From Deltaproteobacteria bacterium (GTDB taxonomy: Bacteria; SAR324; NAC60-12), in contig JAYOTF010000057.1 of NCBI GenBank assembly GCA_038150265.1, positions 1 through 14,253 of the forward strand: a stretch of DNA of 14,253 nt, in the 5' to 3' direction. The notes under the pieces were generated by a model, which searched no databases, had not been told where the DNA came from, and worked only from the letters and a program-made list of their open reading frames with translations. Made by a program: the position numbers and the translations under genes. Of this stretch, positions 7,816-14,253 are shown one piece after another (the stretch's first letter is position 1; the number at the start of each line of letters is the position of its first letter).

Positions 7816-8583
7816 ATGACCTCGTCCATTCTTGAAGTTTCCACCGACGGCAACATCACCTGTGTGGCCATGAACCGGCCTGACAAGCGCAACGCCATGA
7901 GCGACCAGCTCCTTGAGGCCCTGGATGCGTTCTTCTCTCACCCTCCGGAGGGCACCAAGGTGGTGGTCCTTTCCGGAAACGGGGGGCACTACTGTTCCGG
8001 GCTCGACCTGAGCGAACACGTGGCCCGCGATGCTGAAGGCACCATGCGGCACTCCCGGAACTGGCACCGCATCATGGACCTGATCCAGTACGGGGGCCTT
8101 CCTGTGGTTTCGGCCATGAACGGCGCCGTCATCGGCGGAGGACTCGAGCTGGCCACCGCGACTCATGTCCGGATCGCAGAGCCCTCCACGATCTTTCAGC
8201 TTCCGGAAGGGCGCCGTGGGATCTTTGTCGGAGGCGGGGCCTCGGTTCGGGTGGGACGCATCCTCGGAGCCGACCGGATGATTGAGATGATGCTGACCGG
8301 GCGCAAGTACAACGCCGAAGAGGGGCTTCAGCTGGGGCTGACTCACTACGCCGTTGGCGAAGGCGAGGCCCTGCCCCAGGCCCTGGAGCTGGCCCGGAAG
8401 ATTGCCAGCAACGCGAGCCTCTCGAACTACATCATGATCCAGGCCCTGAGTCGCATTGAAGACATGGCCAAGGCTGATGGGCTGTTTGCCGAAAGCCTCT
8501 GTGCCGCGGTCACCCAGACCAGCCCAGATGCCGCGGAGGGCCTGAAGGCCTTTCTGGAAAAACGTCCCCCGGTGTTCCGCTGA
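7816..8583 (+). CDS. Enoyl-CoA hydratase (crotonase family; CouM/PhdE/Atu1417 role)
   Basis: Start taken at ATG 7816, giving 255 aa. 'NRPDKRNAM', oxyanion motifs 'CSGLDL' and 'GGGLE', two catalytic Glu 20 residues apart (codons 8146 and 8206), C-terminal 'EGLKAFLEKR'. Confidence 0.9.
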   Translation: MTSSILEVSTDGNITCVAMNRPDKRNAMSDQLLEALDAFFSHPPEGTKVVVLSGNGGHYCSGLDLSEHVARDAEGTMRHSRNWHRIMDLIQYGGLPVVSAMNGAVIGGGLELATATHVRIAEPSTIFQLPEGRRGIFVGGGASVRVGRILGADRMIEMMLTGRKYNAEEGLQLGLTHYAVGEGEALPQALELARKIASNASLSNYIMIQALSRIEDMAKADGLFAESLCAAVTQTSPDAAEGLKAFLEKRPPVFR

Positions 8584-8628
8584 GCGTCTGGAGCGCTCCT
8601 TCCTGTCACCCCCAACTCAGGAGGCTTC

Positions 8629-10461
8629 ATGGCCCTCAGTTCCGCTTCGCCCGATGGCTACCGGCCCCATCGGGTCATCCGCCACGAGGAGCCGGATGGC
8701 ACCATTCGGCTGACCTCTCCGTATCCCCTGACCGACGTGGCGCCCAACACCGGAGCCTGGCTGCACCGCTGGGCCCAGGAGGCGCCCAACCGCGTGTTCC
8801 TGGCAGAGCGGTCTGGAGACGGCTGGCGCGAACACGGCTACGCAGAGGTGCTGGAACAGGTCCAGGCCCTCGCGGCTTCCTTGCTGGAACGCGACCTTGG
8901 CCCAGACCGCCCGGTGATGGTCCTCTCTGGCAATGGCGTGGACCACGGCCTGCTCTCCCTCGCCGCCCAGTACGTCGGGATTCCGGTCATTCCGCTGGCC
9001 GAGCAGTACTCGCTCATTCCGGAAGCCCTCGGCAACGTTCAGTACATTGCGGGCCTCGTTCAGCCCGGGCTGGTCTTTGCCGCAAAGGCGGGGCCGTATG
9101 CTGCCGCGCTGGGTCTGGACGTCTTTGAGCACGCCGAGAAGGTCAGTGTGGACCCCAGTGGCGCGGGCCAGGCGGTGACAGCCTTTGCGGAGCTGCTCCA
9201 GGGGCGGGCTCCTGCTGAAGTGGAAGCCGCTCACCGTCAGGTCGGTCCGGAGACGCTGGCCAAGATCCTCTTCACCTCCGGCTCCACCTCTCATCCCAAG
9301 GGGGTGCTGACCACACAGAAGATGATGTGCGTCAACCAGGCTCAGCTCCGCAGTGGCCTGCCCCTGCTCACACGTCGTCCTCCCAAGATCCTCGACTGGC
9401 TTCCCTGGAATCATGTGTTTGGAGGAAGCCACAACTTCAACATGATGCTGGCCAACGGAGGCAGCCTCTACATTGACGAGGGGAAGCCCACCAAGGCCCT
9501 GTTTGGCGCCACGTTGCGCAACCAGCTGGAGCATGCCGGCACCCTGATCTTCAATGTCCCGGTGGGCTTTGGGCTGCTGGCTGAGGCCCTGAAGGAAAAC
9601 CAGGCCCTCAAGGAGAAGTTCTTTGCCGAGCTGGAGCTCATCTTCTACGCCGGCGCCTCGCTGCCGCAGGACACGTGGCAGACGCTGGAGCGCTTTGCTC
9701 TCGAAATCCGGGGCGAGCTGCCGATGATGATTTCCAGCTGGGGCATGACGGAAACCGCGCCGGCAACCCTGCTGGTGCATGAGCCCATCCGGCGCTCCGG
9801 TGTCGTGGGGGTGCCGCTTCCGGAAGTGGAAGCCCGGCTGCTGAATGGCGATGACGGCCGCTACGAGCTGCGGGTGCAGGGTCCAAACGTCATGACGGGT
9901 TACTTCAAGGATCCGGAAAAGACTGCAGCGGTTTTTGATGACGAAGGCTTCCTGATCACCGGAGACGCGGTGCGGTTTGTGGATCCGGAGCATCCGGAGG
10001 CCGGCCTGATGTTTGATGGACGGGTCTCGGAAGACTTCAAGCTCCTGACGGGCACGTGGGTGCATGCCAACAAGCTGCGGCTGGAAGCCCTCGCGGCCTT
10101 TGCCGGACTCGTCCAGGATGTCGTCATCACCGGACATGACCAGCAGGAAGTGGGCGTGCTCCTCTTCCCGCACCCCGAGGCGCTGGCCCAGTTTCAGCTC
10201 ACGTCCGGAAGCTTTGGCGACACCCTCACCGATGCCGCCTACTGCGACGCCATCCGTCAGGGGCTTGCTCAGCTATCGGCGCACGCCACCGGTTCCTCCA
10301 CCCGCATCAGCCGGGCCCTGGTTGCCGCGGAGCCGCCTTCGTTTGGCGATGGAGAGATCACCAGCAAGGGCAGCCTCAACATCCGGAAGATCCTCAAGCG
10401 CCGGGGCGACCTGATTGCCCGTTTGTACCACGAGGCCGACCCAGCGGTCATTCGAGCCTGA
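8629..10461 (+). CDS. fcs: Feruloyl-CoA synthase-family (hydroxycinnamoyl/arylpropanoyl)-CoA ligase
   Basis: SD CAGGAGG. 610 aa with the AMP-binding P-loop 'FTSGSTSHPKG', 'DWLPWNHVFGGSHNF', 'GGSLYIDEGKP', 'WGMTET', 'TGDAV', 'FDGRVSEDFKLLTGTWV' and 'GEITSKGSLN', which are characteristic of the Fcs subfamily. The exact substrate is not determinable. Confidence 0.88.
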   Translation: MALSSASPDGYRPHRVIRHEEPDGTIRLTSPYPLTDVAPNTGAWLHRWAQEAPNRVFLAERSGDGWREHGYAEVLEQVQALAASLLERDLGPDRPVMVLSGNGVDHGLLSLAAQYVGIPVIPLAEQYSLIPEALGNVQYIAGLVQPGLVFAAKAGPYAAALGLDVFEHAEKVSVDPSGAGQAVTAFAELLQGRAPAEVEAAHRQVGPETLAKILFTSGSTSHPKGVLTTQKMMCVNQAQLRSGLPLLTRRPPKILDWLPWNHVFGGSHNFNMMLANGGSLYIDEGKPTKALFGATLRNQLEHAGTLIFNVPVGFGLLAEALKENQALKEKFFAELELIFYAGASLPQDTWQTLERFALEIRGELPMMISSWGMTETAPATLLVHEPIRRSGVVGVPLPEVEARLLNGDDGRYELRVQGPNVMTGYFKDPEKTAAVFDDEGFLITGDAVRFVDPEHPEAGLMFDGRVSEDFKLLTGTWVHANKLRLEALAAFAGLVQDVVITGHDQQEVGVLLFPHPEALAQFQLTSGSFGDTLTDAAYCDAIRQGLAQLSAHATGSSTRISRALVAAEPPSFGDGEITSKGSLNIRKILKRRGDLIARLYHEADPAVIRA

Positions 10462-10498
10462 GCCCTTCTTTTTCACCGATTTTCTTGCAGACGACCTC

Positions 10499-11371
10499 AT
10501 GATTGACCTGACCACCCTTAAAGCCATCGACTTTCACACCCATGCAGAAGAGCCCTGCGGGTGCCACGCGGACGACGGTTATGACGAGTTGCAGTCCACC
10601 ATGGCCAAGTACTTTGGGGCCCCCTGGGAGCACCCGCCCACCATTCCGGAAACCGCCCAGCACTACCGGAACCAGAACATCGCTGCCGTCATCTTTCCTG
10701 TTGATGCCGAGCGGGAAACGGGATACCGACGTTACCGGAATGAAGAGGTGGCGGCCCTCGCCGCCGAACACAACGACGTCCTCATTCCCTTTGCCTCCAT
10801 TGACCCCCACAAGGGCAAGCTCGGTGCCCGCGAGGCCCGGAGGCTGGTGGAAGACTTTGGCATCCAGGGCTTCAAGTTTCACCCCACCATGCAGGGGTTT
10901 TACCCAAACGACCGGCTCGCCTACCCGCTTTATGAAGCCATTGCCGAGTCAGGAAAGATTGCCCTGTTTCACACCGGACAGACTGGTGTCGGATCGGGGA
11001 TGCCGGGCGGAAATGGCATGCGGCTCAAGTACTCGAACCCGATGTACCTGGATGACGTCGCCGTCGATTTCCCCGACATGCCGATTGTGATGGCGCACCC
11101 CTCCTTCCCGTGGCAGGAAGAGGCCCTGGCCGTGGCCACGCACAAGCCCAACGTGTACATCGACCTGTCCGGATGGTCCCCCAAGTACTTCCCTCCCATC
11201 CTCGTCCGGTACACGAACACGTTGCTGAAGCGCAAGATGCTGTTTGGCTCCGACTGGCCCATGATCGCCCCGGAACGCTGGCTGAGCGATTTTGAGAAGA
11301 TCGAGATCCGTGAAGAGGTCCGGCCCCTGGTGCTGAAGGAAAACGCCATCCGCTTGCTGGGGCTCTCATGA
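10499..11371 (+). CDS. Amidohydrolase_2-family hydroxyphenyl-beta-ketoacyl-CoA hydrolase (CouO/PhdC/Atu1421-like)
   Basis: Start taken at ATG 10499, giving 290 aa. Metal motifs DFHTH, 'GFKFHP', 'FHTGQTGVGSGMPGG', 'MAHPSFPW', 'YIDLSGWSPKYF', 'FGSDWP'. Adjacent to Fcs, hydratase and SDR, as in cou/phd clusters. Confidence 0.85.
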   Translation: MIDLTTLKAIDFHTHAEEPCGCHADDGYDELQSTMAKYFGAPWEHPPTIPETAQHYRNQNIAAVIFPVDAERETGYRRYRNEEVAALAAEHNDVLIPFASIDPHKGKLGAREARRLVEDFGIQGFKFHPTMQGFYPNDRLAYPLYEAIAESGKIALFHTGQTGVGSGMPGGNGMRLKYSNPMYLDDVAVDFPDMPIVMAHPSFPWQEEALAVATHKPNVYIDLSGWSPKYFPPILVRYTNTLLKRKMLFGSDWPMIAPERWLSDFEKIEIREEVRPLVLKENAIRLLGLS

Positions 11372-13053
11372 GCTACGCGAACCAGGCCCGCCGGACCCTG
11401 CAGGTGCTTCAGGCCACTCCCAACTGGACGCGTCTGCAGGCGTTGCATCCTGAGCTGGATCCGGAGACGGTGCAGGTGATTGTCGAGGAAGCCGCAAAGT
11501 GGGCGGAACAGGTGCTCGCGCCGCTCAACGGCCCCGGAGACCGGGAAGGCTGCACCCTGGAAGCCGGTCGGGTCCAGACCCCCTCCGGCTACCCGGAGGC
11601 CTATCAGCAGTTTGCCGAGTCCGGGTGGCTGGGGATGACCGTCGCTGAGGCCCACGGAGGACAGGGCCTGCCCCTGGTGCTGTATGCCGCCTGTGAGCCG
11701 CTCTTTGAACGCGCGTGCATGGCCTTCATGATGGCCCCCGGCGCCGTCCATGCGGCCATGCACCTGCTGGACTCGGTCGCGGAACCAGCCCTGGCCGAGG
11801 CGTGGATTCCTCGGCTCGCCTCGGGCGAGTGGGCGGCCACGATCTGCATTTCCGAGCCGGACGCCGGTTCCGACGTCGGACGCATCCGGACGCAGGCCAC
11901 CTTGACCGAATCCGGGTGGCGCGTCTCGGGACAGAAGGTGTGGATCTCCTTTGGAGACCATGACCTGTCTGGACGGATTGGACACTGCCTGCTGGCCCGG
12001 ACCGGAACCGAGCCGGGCACGCGCGGCCTGAGCCTGTTCCTGGTTCCGAACCAAACCGACTCCGGCGCCCCCAATGGCGTCACCGTCGCTGGCGTGGAAC
12101 AGAAAATGGGCATTCACGGCTCCCCCACCTGCTCGCTGCTCTTCGACAACGCCGAGGCCGTGCTGCTGGGACAAGCCGAACGTGGGCTGCCTCAGCTCTT
12201 CCGGATGATTGAGATCATGCGCCTGCTTGTGGGGTGTCAGGGACTCGGCATCGCCTCGGGCGCCTGCGAAACCGCTCTTCAGTACGCCCGGGAGCGTCGG
12301 CAGGGGGGCGCGCCTCGGCAAGAAGCGGTCCCGATCCTTCAGCATCCGGATGTGCAGCGTCAGCTCCTGGAGATGGAAAGCCGGACCGAGCTGCTGCGGG
12401 CGACGGTTCTGGAAATGGCCTCGGTGATGGATTTGGCTCGGCTGGAACCCGATGAAGCGCTCCGTGCGTCTTATGCCGACCTCGCGGCCTGGATGCTGCC
12501 CCTGGTGAAGACCTTTGGAGCGGAAACCGGATTTGCGGTCGCCAGTGAGGCCATCCAGGTTCTTGGAGGCGCCGGTTACACACAAGACTGGCCCCTGGAG
12601 CAAGCCGCCCGTGATGTCCGGATTGCTGCCATTTACGAAGGCACCACGGGCATGCAGGCCCAGGACTTTCTGATGAGGCGCCTCTGGCGAGACGAGGGGC
12701 GGGGCCTGACCGCCTTCCTGCAGCAGGCTCGTCAGGACGCGGCTTCCTGCCAGGCTGCTTTTCCGGAAGCCGTGGCACAGGCCGAGCAGGTCTGGCAGGC
12801 GTTTGAGGACCTGAGTACCCAGGCGCGGTCCCTCCGCGAGACGCCTCAGCAGGGAGAAGCGGCCGCCGATGCCTACCTGCGCGCCGGATGGATCGCCGTC
12901 TCCTGCTGGATGGCCCTCCGCCTCCTGCAGACGCCTCAGGGGGCCAGCCTCGCCGAGGCGTTCCTGCTCACGGCGCCAGACGCCTTCCGGGTTCAGGCTC
13001 AACGGACTCGGCTCTCCGCCGCTCTCCTGCGTTCTCGGTACCTGGAGGAATGA
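11368..13053 (+). CDS. Acyl-CoA dehydrogenase (long ~560-aa type; PhdD-like role, arylpropanoyl-CoA -> cinnamoyl-CoA inferred)
   Basis: ATGA overlap with the upstream stop. Motifs 'CISEPDAGSD', 'GQKVWIS', 'EQKMGIHGSPT', 'YARERRQG', 'IQVLGGAGY', 'IYEGTTGMQA' (catalytic Glu). Confidence 0.9.
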   Translation: MSYANQARRTLQVLQATPNWTRLQALHPELDPETVQVIVEEAAKWAEQVLAPLNGPGDREGCTLEAGRVQTPSGYPEAYQQFAESGWLGMTVAEAHGGQGLPLVLYAACEPLFERACMAFMMAPGAVHAAMHLLDSVAEPALAEAWIPRLASGEWAATICISEPDAGSDVGRIRTQATLTESGWRVSGQKVWISFGDHDLSGRIGHCLLARTGTEPGTRGLSLFLVPNQTDSGAPNGVTVAGVEQKMGIHGSPTCSLLFDNAEAVLLGQAERGLPQLFRMIEIMRLLVGCQGLGIASGACETALQYARERRQGGAPRQEAVPILQHPDVQRQLLEMESRTELLRATVLEMASVMDLARLEPDEALRASYADLAAWMLPLVKTFGAETGFAVASEAIQVLGGAGYTQDWPLEQAARDVRIAAIYEGTTGMQAQDFLMRRLWRDEGRGLTAFLQQARQDAASCQAAFPEAVAQAEQVWQAFEDLSTQARSLRETPQQGEAAADAYLRAGWIAVSCWMALRLLQTPQGASLAEAFLLTAPDAFRVQAQRTRLSAALLRSRYLEE

Positions 13054-13069
13054 AGCAACCCGGCGCGCC

Positions 13070-14026
13070 TCAAGGGGCTGGGGGACGAGCAGCAGGCGCA
13101 GGGTTGCGGAGTTCACACAGCTTGTGCGTGTGTTCCGGGCCCAGGCCACAGCACCCTCCAAACACCGAACACCCCTGAGCCTGCCACTGCTGCGCAAACT
13201 CGAGCAGCTGGTCCGGAGGTATGATTTCCTCAAAGTGCCAGTGAGGGGCAGCAAAAAATCCACTGTCCGGATAGGCCGCCAGGATTCCTGAGTGGTAGCG
13301 CTGAATCAGGGCCAGGCAGTCGGCAATGGCGTCCACAGCCGTGTGCATGATGCCCATGCCCTCAAAGTGATAAGAGGCAGCCAGCTCGGTGATCGCTTCA
13401 AATGAGACCGAGGAGTCATGCCAGGACTCCAGTTCGGCATGAGGCGTCGGCCTCCTGGCCGACAGGCCACACCACACGGGCAATGAAGACGCCTGGGCGC
13501 ACTCAAAGAGCGGGATCATTCTGGAAGGGAGGGACATCATCTCCAGCAGCAGCAAATCCAGGCCTTCCTTCTCAAAGAGGGTGATCAGCTCCTGATAGGA
13601 GGCCGAGAGGGTCTCTTCGCTGATGGGGGGCTGCTGCTTGGCGCCCTCGGCGCCCTCCTGGAAGGGGATCACATGCGAAAGCGATCCGGCGATGGCCACC
13701 GGGGCCTGGGCCTGGTTCCGAGCCTCCATCGCCGCCGCAATGTTCCTCTGGTTGATCTCCTGCACCTGGTCGCCCAGCCCGGCAGGCTCCAGCATGAGCC
13801 GGGAACTCGCATAGCTGTTGATCGTGATGACGTCTGCCCCCGCCTCAATGTAGGCCAGGTGCGTCTGGACCAGCGCCTCATAGTCATCAATTGAGGCACA
13901 TCCCGCCCACTGCCCCGGACGCATGGGGGTGCCCCGCCTCTCAAGCTCCGTTGCGACCCCACTGTCAAGAATGATCGGAATCTGGTTGTCGTGCTTGGCC
14001 ACCAGTGCTTCGTAATACTTCGACAT
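13070..14026 (-). CDS. Homocysteine S-methyltransferase family protein (MmuM/BHMT-like TIM barrel)
   Basis: Motifs 'ILDSGVATELERRG', 'HLAYIEAGADVITINSY', 'IAGSL', 'DLLLLEMM', 'AYPDSG', 'GGCCGLGPEH'. G-rich SD (GGGGGAG) upstream. Convergent with the operon, with a 16-bp gap. Confidence 0.88.
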   Translation of the reverse strand: MSKYYEALVAKHDNQIPIILDSGVATELERRGTPMRPGQWAGCASIDDYEALVQTHLAYIEAGADVITINSYASSRLMLEPAGLGDQVQEINQRNIAAAMEARNQAQAPVAIAGSLSHVIPFQEGAEGAKQQPPISEETLSASYQELITLFEKEGLDLLLLEMMSLPSRMIPLFECAQASSLPVWCGLSARRPTPHAELESWHDSSVSFEAITELAASYHFEGMGIMHTAVDAIADCLALIQRYHSGILAAYPDSGFFAAPHWHFEEIIPPDQLLEFAQQWQAQGCSVFGGCCGLGPEHTHKLCELRNPAPAARPPAP

Positions 14027-14253
14027 GCGCTCCCCCCTTTAGGTTGCAGAAGGCTCGACCCCACCACGTGTGTGATGGGTTCATCAACAACGGCCTGATT
14101 GCCACCGAACCACACGCTGGGTGGCTGCACCGGGCCACAACGGGGTGACGGGGAGCCTCGCTGCGTGGCAACGATTCCGGCCACACCCCGCTCGGTATCG
14201 GCTCAAAAAATCCATTCTCACTCAGCCCAAGACCGGTTTGCAAGGCATTAGGG

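Noticed and set aside
8617..10173. 518-aa minus-strand ORF (also 5890-7011, 7035-7898, 2543-3433, 1019-1840)
   Set aside because: Antisense shadows of well-supported + strand genes, expected from GC-biased codon usage.
8629..10461. Classical fcs-ech-vdh ferulate-to-vanillin pathway
   Set aside because: No vdh, the crotonase is not HCHL-type, and there are no O-demethylase or protocatechuate genes in the window.
13054..13069. Terminator between the convergent ACAD and HMT genes
   Set aside because: Only 16 bp, with no convincing stem plus U-tract.
10969..13263. 764-aa minus-strand ORF
   Set aside because: Antisense shadow of the amidohydrolase and ACAD genes in high-GC DNA; no recognisable motifs.
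14134..14160. CACAACGG..GTGACG resemblance to the SAM/SAH riboswitch
   Set aside because: It lies on the strand opposite to the methyltransferase gene and lacks the central CUUCCUGG core.
1..14253. CRISPR arrays, tRNA/rRNA, IS elements, integrases, tandem repeats
   Set aside because: None seen; the window is almost fully occupied by intact metabolic genes.

Overview
GC-rich bacterial window. It is dominated by one tightly packed, apparently co-transcribed + strand catabolic operon (about 989-13053, 11 genes). In order, it encodes a NagI-type gentisate 1,2-dioxygenase, a GSH-dependent maleylpyruvate isomerase, a three-gene TRAP transporter (DctP/Q/M), and a 3-hydroxybenzoate 6-monooxygenase. 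These are followed by a five-gene CoA-dependent side-chain shortening module: HSD10-like SDR, enoyl-CoA hydratase, Fcs-type CoA ligase, CouO/PhdC-like amidohydrolase and acyl-CoA dehydrogenase. Two minus-strand methyl-transfer genes flank the operon: a class I SAM methyltransferase running off the left edge (absent from the ORF track) and a homocysteine S-methyltransferase family gene. The main inference is a self-contained route for META-hydroxylated phenylpropanoids (3-hydroxyphenylpropionate / m-coumarate -> 3-hydroxybenzoate -> gentisate), built by joining a cou/phd-type beta-oxidation module to a gentisate ring-cleavage module. No fumarylpyruvate hydrolase, regulator, mobile-element gene, RNA gene or CRISPR array is visible. 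Family calls come from motif recognition and recall, not from database searches.
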